Part shown: in pieces, positions 1 to 9,829 of the stretch | How positions within the stretch are numbered: the stretch's first letter is position 1 | How the letters are laid out: each line of letters begins with the position of its first letter | NCBI GenBank assembly: GCA_038087875.1 | Contig: JAXLNO010002638.1 | Span: 1-64,000 of the forward strand | DNA: 64,000 nucleotides | Direction: 5' to 3' | Origin: Malacoraja senta | Lineage: Eukaryota | Position numbers and translations under genes: made by a program | Notes under the pieces: generated by a model | Told to the model about the DNA's origin: nothing | Seen by the model: only the letters and a program-made list of their open reading frames with translations | Databases searched by the model: none

Positions 1-149
1 GGAAAAAATGAATTGAATCTAAAACGTTTGAAAGAAGAGAGAGAGAACGAAAAGCGAAAAGAAAAAGAGATGCAGCCCCTCAGACCCTGGGGATTTATCA
101 GCCTTCAGTCCCATCAGTCTATCCAACACCATTTCCTGCCTAATGTGGA

Positions 150-429
150 TTTCCTTCAGTTCCTCATCACCCAGATCCTCTGGCCACTACTATATCAGGA
201 AGATTGTTTGTGTCCTCCTTAGTGAAGACAGATCCAAAGTACCTGTTCAACCATCTGCCATTTCCTTGTTCCCCATAATAAATTCACCTGTTTCGGTCTT
301 CAAGGGTCCAACTTTGGTCTGAACTCATTTTTGCCTCATCACATACCTAAAGAAGCTTTTACTGTCCTGCTTTATATTCTTGGCTAGCTTACCTTCGTAC
401 CTCAACTTTTCTCCCCGTATTGTCTTTTT
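150..429 (-). mobile_element. CR1-clade LINE ORF2 fragment
   Basis: Minus strand reads like CR1 ORF2 (..YEGKLAKNIKQDSKSFFRY...KVGPLKTETGEFIMGNKEMAD..). Ends at the N gap 430-582. Confidence 0.7.
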
Positions 430-582
430 NNNNNNNNNNNNNNNNNNNNNNNNNNNNNNNNNNNNNNNNNNNNNNNNNNNNNNNNNNNNNNNNNNNNNNN
501 NNNNNNNNNNNNNNNNNNNNNNNNNNNNNNNNNNNNNNNNNNNNNNNNNNNNNNNNNNNNNNNNNNNNNNNNNNNNNNNNNN

Positions 583-750
583 GGAGAGAGAGGGAGTGAG
601 GGAGACAGGGAGAGAGAGAGAGAGAGGGGGAGAGGAGAGAGGGAGAGAGTGGGGGAGAGAAAGAGAGAGAGAAGGAGAGAGAAGGGAGATAGAGAGAGGG
701 AGAGAAGGAGAGCGAGAAGGTGTGAGATAGGGAGGGAGAGAGAGAGGCGG
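583..750. repeat. (GA)n-rich microsatellite
   Basis: Direct inspection; abuts an assembly gap. Confidence 0.9.
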
Positions 751-1053
751 AGGGAGATCTTGGATCTAGAACACAAAGTCCTGGAGATTCTGATCTAGCT
801 CCAGGTTCCAGAACAGGTCCTCTGACATCACCTGTTGCTAAGGGGGGGTGGGGGACCTCTGATTGGTCGCTGTGTACCCCCCATACAGCATCATCTGTTG
901 CCGGGGGGGAAGGGGGCAACTGATTGGCGGAAGGGGAAGCGGACGATCCGATCTGATTGGCTGCCGCACCCCATCGTGACGTCACCTGTTGCGAGGGGGG
1001 GAGCCAGGAGCGGAGAGACTGTGCCCGCCCGCCCGCCTCTGGGTTGGATGCGC

Positions 1054-1961
1054 TCAGGGCGCGGATTGATTCATGAGCTGAAGCACTGAGGTGAGCGGAT
1101 ATTTCACCGCGCTCTTCACCTGCTCCCTGAACTTGGACTGGGTCAACGCGTAAATAAATGTGTTGGTGCAGCAGCTGAGATTCCTCAGCAACATCCCGAC
1201 GTAGTGAAAGATATATTGAGAATCATTCCGATCCTTTCCAATTCCTGTGATCTGATAATAGACGAAGTTTACAACCACCGTCAGCCACAGGAGGATGAAG
1301 CTGCCGGAGATGGTGAAGAGTAAAACCATAGACCTCCTCCTGCTCTCCATCTCCGGGTCACTGCGGTTCTCCCCCTTGCTCTCACCCCTCAGCCCCTTAC
1401 GGACCCGACTGGCCACTAAAATGTGGCGGACAGTCAGAGCGTTGAGCAGCAGGATTACAGAGAAAGGGAGGAGCGGAATTAAAACCGTGTCGATCCAGTC
1501 AAATGCCACCCACCCGGGGTCAGTGTAAATACTGGCCACACTTCTACAGCCCCACGGGACATTGTCGGTGATATATCTGGGTTCCAGTGTGAAGTAGCGG
1601 GGAATGTTTTTCACACAGAACAGAACGCCGGCTGTTGCCAGAACCACAGCCGCAGTTTTCCCGCTGCAATATTTAGTTTTCAGCTTCTGGCAACAAATGG
1701 CGACAAAGCGATCAAAGGTGAAAGTGACGGTGAACCAGACAGAACAGTCTGTAGCTGCAAACGTCAGTACAAGGTTAACACTACACACAGGGGTGATGGA
1801 CAGGAAACTCCAATTAAAGTAATGATATTTGATCCAATTCAAAATGACCACGGTGATGAGGACCAGTAGATCGGCCGCTGCCATGGCCACCAGGTAGCGA
1901 GTGGTGCAGGTGGAGAGGCCACACTTTCCCCGGGACAGGATCACAATCGCCACTAAATTCA
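1054..1961 (-). CDS. Class A orphan GPCR, GPR139/GPR142-like, exon 2 (TM1 end to TM7)
   Basis: 302-codon open frame with hydrophobic TM segments, AAADLL (TM2), TFDRFVAIC (DRY-like), IPLLP (TM5) and CTNTFIY (NPxxY-like). Acceptor ttcccttgtctttccgcag| ends at 1962; phase 1. Confidence 0.93.
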
Positions 1962-2442
1962 CTGCGGAAAGACAAGGGAACGGACACTGGGCATTTACTC
2001 AACACGGTCTCCGGGGCTGAACACCGGCTCGACTTTCAGCTCAAGATCAGGAGTGTTGGAGTCGGTGCGAGGCTGCTGCAAGTTTAACAATGTCAGAGCC
2101 GGCTCCGACTGTGCCCGACCTGCCTGCCTGCTTCAGGGGACAAGAGATAAGGCGACGGGCAGACGGGGTAAAGGGCGGGGAGGAAACGAGTAGTCACCCA
2201 CCCATCTACAATAGGCGTAATGGTCCTTTCTATAGTGAACCCTGCTGCTGCTCACAGTCTGTGATGGGGCCGCTTTCACAGACTTAACCGTGAGCGGCCG
2301 GCCGCGTTTAACCAGGGCTCTGGGAACTCGGCATCTGATGGGGACGAGGAGGGAGGCTTCCAGAGGGAAGGCAGGGACAACATGGAATCCGGCAGCAGAG
2401 TGGCTCCGTTAATGGATTCATTCCACAGTGAGTTCAGTAGAC

Positions 2443-2650
2443 AACAGGTGCAGGAGGAGGCCATTTGGCCCATCGAGCCAGCACCGCCATCAATGTGGTC
2501 ATGGCTGATCATCCCCAATCAGTACCCCGTTCCTGCCTTCTCCCCATATCCCCTGACTCCGCTATTTTTAAAAGCCCTATCTACTCTCTTTTGAAAGCAT
2601 CCAGAGAACCGGCCTCCACCGCCCTCTGAGACAGAGAATTCCACACTCAC
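2443..2650 (-). mobile_element. CR1-type LINE 3' end
   Basis: Reverse complement of the CR1 tail also seen at 25000-25275 (gatcagccatgatcacattga..ggcctactcctgcacct). Confidence 0.75.
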
Positions 2651-2804
2651 CACTCAACACTCTCAAGCTCCACTGAGGTTATCCCAATGGCTTCTTGATG
2701 CAAACTACTTCATCTATTGCATTATCCCCAAACTCTGCCCTTCCAGAACCAGGTTAGCATTCAGCACAGATAAGGGAAATTATTCAGAAAGGACTTTACA
2801 CAAG

Positions 2805-3003
2805 AGTAGACAAAAGTGCTGGAGAAACTCAGCGGGTTTGGCAGCATCTATGGAACGAAGGAAACAGGTAACGTTTTGGGCCGAAACCCTTCTTCAGACT
2901 GGAAATAGTTACATATTTCCTTCGCTCCATAGATGCTGCCTCACCCACTGAGTTTCTTCAGCATTGTCTACCTTCGATTTTCCAGCATCTTCAGTTCCTT
3001 CTT
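2805..3003. mobile_element. Penelope-derived short palindromic repeat
   Basis: Inverted arms gctggagaaactcagcggg..gcagcatctatgga / tccatagatgctgc..ctgagtttcttcagca; degenerate hammerhead-like core on the minus strand. Confidence 0.65.
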
Positions 3004-3019
3004 AAACACTTTACACAAG

Positions 3020-3290
3020 AGTGCAGCTCGTAGGAGCAGAATTAGGCCATTCGGCCCATCATGTCTACTCCGCCATTCAATCATGGCCGATCTATCTTTC
3101 CCTCTCAACCCCATTCTCTTGCCTTCTCCCCGTAACCCCCCGACACCCGCACTAATCAAGAATCTATCACTCTCCGCCTTAAAACTATCCATTGACTTGG
3201 CTTCCACCCCCGTCTCCGGCAATGAATTCCACAGATTCACCACCCTCTGTCTAAAGAAATTCCTCCTCATCTCCTTTCTAAAGGTAAAGG
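3020..3290 (-). mobile_element. CR1-type LINE 3' end
   Basis: Minus frame gives RKEMRRNFFRQRVVNLWNSLP, the CR1 ORF2 C-terminus, followed by the tail. Confidence 0.8.
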
Positions 3291-3461
3291 TAAAACTGGG
3301 GGAAGAATGCACTACAATGGCCGCCATATCCAATATCCCTGATATTCCTCTTTCTCTCCATCCCCACACAAGGTGCCCTTCACACTTCCCTCCTGAAGCA
3401 GAGGCCAATTGTTGCAAATGAGATTCCACCCCTTCAGGTCCTGAAGGTCGACGCAGAAAGC

Positions 3462-3585
3462 GGAGTAACTCAGCGGGACAGGCAGCATCTCTGGAGGGAA
3501 GGAATGGGACTGAAGAAGGGTCTTGATCCGAAACGTCACCCATTCCTTCTCTCCAGAGATGCTGCCCATCCCGCTGAGTTACTCC
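3462..3585 (+). ncRNA. Putative minimal hammerhead ribozyme in a Penelope-derived repeat
   Basis: CTGAAGA (3510-3516), stem II gggtc-tt-gatcc, GAAAC-GTC, enclosed by about 47-bp inverted arms. Confidence 0.5.
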
Positions 3586-4326
3586 AGCACTTTGTGTCTA
3601 TCTTCGATTTAAACCAGCAACTGCAGTTCTTTCCCACACACGAAATCCAGACGGTGCCAGGAATGCAACCTATTATCCCCATGTATGGATGGTGTGGGAT
3701 ATATGTACCAAAGCACAGAGACAGGGGGGGGAGTTAGTCGGGTTAGTTTAGACATACAGCGGCTAATCTCAGCAGACTCAAGATGGTGCAGGTGAAGTAA
3801 CAACACACACACACACGCCGGTAGATCCGCGGCCACTGGTCCAGGAGATCGATCCTATTATTGACCAACAGGCGGTGGGTGGAATCCGACTGTGACAGAC
3901 AGACTCCACAGTGAGACACAGTGTCCACAGGAGCGGGAGTTCACTCTGATCAATAACTCCGACACAGTGAACTTCACAATGTGAACCCCTCCCTCCCAGT
4001 CACACCGTCCCGGAGAGCTGCCTGCCTGCCTACCTGTCCCGAGCACTGGGACAACTCTGGGCAAGGTCCCACTGAAGGCAAGAACAACATTCTAGTGGCT
4101 CCCGGCCGGCAGCAGTGAGAGAAAAAGAGGGTTCGTTTCAGCTGTCTGAAAATAAGAAAAATCACAGCAGCGTTAATTCACAAATATTTCACTGAGAGGA
4201 TTGATATTCTTCACATAGTCTTGTACAACGAGCATCAGTTGGGAACTTGTAACATGATGAGAATCAGGTCAACACCAGTTAACACACGGATGGAGATATA
4301 AAACTTGAATTGTTCTGCTCACTTAC

Positions 4327-4402
4327 CAGGGACTCCAACGGCAGCAATGATCACATACACGATTTTCTGCACGGCGAAATATTCCCGCAGCTTTTCCCAC
4401 AT
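4327..4402 (-). CDS. GPR139-like GPCR, coding exon 1
   Basis: ATG at 4402 gives MWEKLREYFAVQKIVYVIIAAVGVP + G|gtaagt donor (4326-4321). It joins exon 2 in frame (G+TG = Val) to give 327 aa. Confidence 0.9.
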
Positions 4403-4482
4403 TTTCTCTGCCCAGCGACGTGTCCCCGTGAGCTACCGGTAATGTCTCGGAATGAAATGCTGGAACAGAACATTCCTGGAGA

Positions 4483-4489
4483 TTTTATA
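4483..4489 (-). promoter_or_regulatory. Putative TATA box of the GPCR gene
   Basis: TATAAAA on the minus strand about 80 nt upstream of the ATG. Confidence 0.45.
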
Positions 4490-4669
4490 CCATTTTCCGT
4501 CCCCACCGGGACAGTGAAGTTTCAACAGAGTTTAAAAATAGAGATTTAGAAATGATTCACAAACAGATGACACCAGCCGAGTGAAATCCCTGCTGAGACA
4601 GGTTGTGATTTAATCAGGGAATTGATTGAGAAACTCCAAAGACTGGGAATTGTGGCGATAGATATGTTT

Positions 4670-6095
4670 TTCCCATTTAGTTATAGTAAATGGAAAAACA
4701 TACAACGGAGGCCCTGCATGCGGAATTTTGTCGGAACATCCTCCGCATCCAAAGGAAATCACCAATAAACGCATGTAGGGCAGAATTAGGCAGATACGCA
4801 CTGATAATAAATATCCAGAAAAGAGCACTAAATTTTTGGAATCACCTTAAATCTAGCCCACCAGATACCCTCCAGTTTAAAGCCCATAAAACACAAGAGG
4901 AGAGCCCAGAAAATAGTTTGCTGTGTCAGTTGGTACTGAGACTAACTACCCCCATTCAGTTAAACCCTATCCAGTTAAATCCTGACCAGCCTCAGATCAA
5001 TACTGATCCCCTATCACCAGTTAGAGTGAACCAAATTATCAAACAATGTAAAGAAACATATTTGGAACATTGGGATAAAGAAACCAAAAGCCAAAGCAGA
5101 TTAGAATGCTGTTAAAGAAGGAACTGCAGATGCTGGAAAATCGAAGGTACACAAAAATGCTGGAGAAACTCAGTGGGTGCAGCAGCATCTATGGAGCGAA
5201 GGAAATAGGTAACGTTTCGGGCCGAAACCCTTCTTCAGACTGATAGGGGGTGGGGAGAAGAAAGGAAAAAAGGAAAAGGAGGAGGAGGAGCCCGAGGACT
5301 GGGGGAGGGGCGGAGACAACCAGATGGCTGATGAAGGGGAGGGGACAGCCAGGGCTAGCAGAATTGGGAGAATTCAACGTTCAGGCCACCAGGATGTAGA
5401 CTGCCCAAGCTACCGTGCCCTAAAAAGAGATTATAAATTGGCAGACTATCTCTCAACTGTTAGAGACATAAAACAAAGGCAGACCCTCATCAAATACAGG
5501 CTAAGTGACCACTATTTGGCAGTTGAAAAAGGAAGACAGAAGAGATTCTGGCAACCAAGAGAAAACAGAATATGTGGCCACTGTTTGACAGATGAGGTTG
5601 AAACAGAGGTGCACTTCCTCGTAAAATGCAAAAAAATTGACAAAACAATGAAAACATACTTTGACAAACTCAGTCTGACAACCCCTGATTTTAAAGAACT
5701 AGATGATACATCAAAACTAAGAATAATCCTTGGTGAAGGAAATACGGCACATCTTGGTGCACAATACGTAACAGCATGCCACAACCTGAGAGACGGTGAA
5801 TGACCAATATGCACATATGTACGCACACACTAATTGACATTAACTGACACTAAGAAATTAATATTGAATTGCTAAATGAGCTATCCTGTTGTACTGCTTA
5901 CAGCTGCAAGAACGTGTAGCAATCAATAAAGGGCTATAGGCCTCTTGCGAGTTTATGTACAGGGACATATCTATTTATGCACTGTATACTTGTATTTATA
6001 CTTATGCATTTTAAATATGTATGTCATGATTTATACTTTGGCAATATAACAATGTATTTTTTATCATGCCAATAACGTTTTAAATTGAAAAATTT
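4670..6095 (+). mobile_element. 5'-truncated non-LTR retrotransposon (RTE-X-like ORF2 C-terminus) interrupted by a Penelope-derived insert
   Basis: LHAEFCRNILRIQRKSPINACRAELGRY..., then YRALKRDYKLADYL...RICGHC..VETEVHFLVKC (Cys/His motif). ..RLEC|YRAL rejoins when 5111-5408 is removed. The clade call is from recalled motifs. Confidence 0.7.
5111..5408 (-). mobile_element. Penelope-derived insertion with hammerhead-like core
   Basis: Minus strand CTGAAGAagggtttcggcccGAAACGTT at 5238-5211. Splits the host LINE ORF. Confidence 0.7.
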
Positions 6096-6817
6096 AAATT
6101 GTATACTTAGGGATGTAAATTGGGAGCGGCGGCATTGTTCCAGCAAAGGGGATATTGTTTCAAACTCCATCAGATACAACTCTCCACCTCATGTTGTTTG
6201 TCTGATTTCCTTCAATCCGTTTCACTCAGCAAGGCAATGCCAAATTCCAGGGACCCTCACAGGGCTTCTGGTGCCCAGTTTGAAGGTGGACTGGACTGGA
6301 CTGGGCGACCTTTGTCCACAGGTTGAGGAATTAGTTCAACACATCACCTTGGACTAAAATGCCCCGCTCCTCCTCCACTCTGCTTCACCACTCAATATGA
6401 TCGCGGCTTCACTGACTGTGACCTCAACCCCACACTCCCGCTGACTGACCCCGTGAACCATTCACTCCCTGCTTGCCTGGAATAGATCTGACAAAACCAA
6501 GGGACAATAACATTCTCTGCCATCCTTCATCACCTCTGTGGAGGAACCACCCAAAGGCTCACGACACTCAGAGAACAGAAACATTGCCGCCTCAGAATTG
6601 TCCTCAACCTAAATAAAACAGCGAATGATGCAGCACCTCTCCCTCCTCTCTTTCTCTCTCCCTCCATCCTTACTGCTGTCACTCTCTCTGAACTGTTACT
6701 ATCTCTCCTACGCTCTCTATTCCCCATCTCTGTGCTGCCCTCTCTCCGCCCATTGATGGAGTGACGTACAGTGGGATAGTACTGAAGGAGGGATAAAAAT
6801 GGGGCAGAACTGACGCA

Positions 6818-7050
6818 GGGACACACTGTGGTGGTACTGATGGAGTGACACACTGTGGTGGTACTGATGGAGGGGACACACTGTGGTGGTACTGATGGAG
6901 GGACACACTGTGGTGGTACTGATGGAGGGACACACTGAGGTGGTACTGATGGAGGGACACACTGTGGTGGTGCTGATGGAGGGACACACTGTGGTGGTAC
7001 TGACGGAGGGACACACTGTGTAGTACTGATAGCGTGACACACTGTGGGGT
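6818..7050. repeat. 27-bp minisatellite (cacactgtggtggtactgatggaggga), about 8-9 copies
   Basis: Direct inspection. Confidence 0.9.
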
Positions 7051-8049
7051 AGTAATCTGGGGTAATATCTTATAGTGACAGATTTTCATATCGTTTCAAG
7101 GATTCTTTCCTTTAGTCACTCTGATTGAAGACAGGGGTTCAGGAGATAATTGAAACTCACTCACGAGCTCTCCCCGAAACATTCAATGCAGTCGAAAGGG
7201 AAATCTTCCAAACACAGTCTCTTGATTAATAGTTTCTTTATTGTAGTAGTAAAAACAGTAAGATATTCATCCAAACTTCTTCTTGTATAAGTACACTAGA
7301 CTAAGTGGGACCCGTTGGGTCCCAGCATCACACGGGAGGGCTGGTCCCCCAAAGCAATTTTCCACCTCTCCAGCAATTCCAATACAGCTGGCCAGTGGGG
7401 GGGGGGGGGGGGGGGGCCTTCTGGAGTTCTAACATCGGTTTTGTGGGCCGAATGTATTCTTGGGCTGGCAGCTCAGAAACTCAGGCCTGGTGGGCTGGCA
7501 GCTCAGAAACTGCCAGAAATTCTACTTGAAACAGGTGACAGAGTCTGTCAGAGAGAAGGAGGAGATGGTGGACAATCAATTTTAGACATTTTCATCTATT
7601 TTTACAGATCACAGCAATGAAGGAGGAACGTCTATCCTTGCGTGGATCTCTGGAGCGCTAGTATGGGGGTTGTGGGCTGAAGGGACTGGTTTCCAGATGG
7701 ATAGTATGGACAATGTGGACTGAATGGATTCTTGGACTTACAGTTCAGTGAAGTCACGGCTGGTGGGCTGGCACTTCAGTCAATTACTGCTGGTGTGGTG
7801 GCAGTTCACTCAGTTACCCCCCTCCCTTCACTCCACAACTCTGCTCCTTGCCATTCCCCTCCCCCCGACACTCACATTCAGTCCATCTCCCCTCAACCTC
7901 CCCCCTCCCCCAGGCCCTCTTAGTGGCTCTCCGACAGCGCAGGCATTCCTGCCTATTAGGTACTCATTGTGTTGAAGAACACGCAGACATGGCAAGTGGA
8001 AAAATGATTTATTAATGTTTAAAATGTGAACGAGTCTTAAAACATTGCA

Positions 8050-8513
8050 AGTCCAACACCACAGCACTCCAAGCAGAGTGCAGGCAGCAAATCCAACCTC
8101 ACTCCAAGCAGAGTGCAGGCAGCAAATCCAACCTCACTCCAAGCAGAGTGCAGGCAGCAAATCCAACCTCACTCCAAGCAGAGTGCAGGCAGCAAATCCA
8201 ACCTCACTCCAAGCAGAGTGCAGGCAGCAAGTTCAACCTCACTCGAAGCAGAGTGCAGGCAGCAAGTCCAACCTCACTCCAAGCAGAGTGCAGGCAGCAA
8301 ATCCAACCTCACAGCACACCAAGCAGAGTGGAGGCAGTAAATCCAACCTCACAGCACTCCAAGCAGAGTGCAGGCAGCAAATCCAACCTCACAGCACTCC
8401 AAGCAGAGTGCAGGCAGCAAGTCTAACCAGACAGCAAGCAGAGTGCAGGCGGCAAATTCAACCTCACAGCACTCCAAGCAGAGTGGTGGCTGCAATTCCA
8501 ACCCCACTACACT
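8050..8513. repeat. 35/40-bp minisatellite (ccaagcagagtgcaggcagcaaatccaacctcact)
   Basis: Direct inspection; runs into the gap 8514-8667. Confidence 0.9.
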
Positions 8514-8667
8514 NNNNNNNNNNNNNNNNNNNNNNNNNNNNNNNNNNNNNNNNNNNNNNNNNNNNNNNNNNNNNNNNNNNNNNNNNNNNNNNNNNNNNNN
8601 NNNNNNNNNNNNNNNNNNNNNNNNNNNNNNNNNNNNNNNNNNNNNNNNNNNNNNNNNNNNNNNNNNN

Positions 8668-8795
8668 ACACAAACACACCCACACACATACACACATACA
8701 TAAAGACACGCACACATACACACAAACAAATAGACACACTCTCACACACACACACACAAACAAACACACACACACAGACACACACTCGCACACAG
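8668..8795. repeat. (CA)n-rich microsatellite
   Basis: Direct inspection. Confidence 0.9.
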
Positions 8796-9829
8796 CACCA
8801 ATAATAAACTACCAAATAACTTCAGAATGTTGTAAGCATACTGAATCCTGTTACTAACCATATATTCTATGTAAGTAATTTGAAAATAAGAACACAGATG
8901 TGTCTAAACCAAATGATTCAAATGTTTAAAGTCTTTTTTATTCTAAAACACTCCTCTCGAGCTGCTGCTACTGCAAAAAACGCGCTTTAAACAACTCAAC
9001 ACACACACACTCACCATATGTTTGGCAGTGAGCTCTCTTGAATTACTCAAATGGTTCAGGGCGGTATCTCCACTTTGGCCCTTCCGCACTGAGCGCCACC
9101 TCTGAACTCACCAGATATGACGCAATCAGCACCATCTCTCCACCAGACGGAAGTCACGGAATGAGCGGCAATTTTGCATTAAACACAGCCCTGATCTAAT
9201 AAAACGTTTATTCACGGGTTTTCCTTCCAAAAACGGTTGCACAGCAAGCCACATTTAAAATTCAAGCTACATTTAAAAAGCGAAACACATATTAAAATAT
9301 AGGCACAGTTTAGCGGCACAGTCAAAAGACACACGTTCAATTAGCGGCACAGTCAAAAGGCACACTTTTCAATTAGTGGCACAGTCAAAAGGCACGTAAA
9401 AACATTTATTCCTTCCAAACACAGTTCAAAATAAACCACATAAAAGCACATCAAACCACACTCACAGTTTAGTAGACATGTGTTCAGTGTTCAGTTTATT
9501 CACAGCTCAGACAGAGTCGTGACCTCTCCCTCGCAATCTACTAGCGACTGCAGAACGTCCACACTTCCGGGTTTATAGTCCCTCCCCCTCCCAACGGATG
9601 GGGCGTGGCCTTCATGGTGTGATTGACAGGAGAGTGAATCTCAACATTTTTAAAACATTAATAAGTCTTTTATTTTTCATCAATGGGAAAAATCCTCTGG
9701 CCCTGACAGCTGGAGCGGGACTCTGAGTAAGACGGACAAAAATTCCAGCCGTAAAAGGTAGCGATTTTTCTAAAATAAATAGAGTGCAAACAGGAAGTGG
9801 TCAAGATTTGACATTTAATCACTTGCCGT

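Noticed and set aside
380-985. ORFs spanning N runs (also at 8.0-8.9, 12.1-13.5 and 27.3-27.7 kb)
   Set aside because: Artefacts of translating through assembly gaps.
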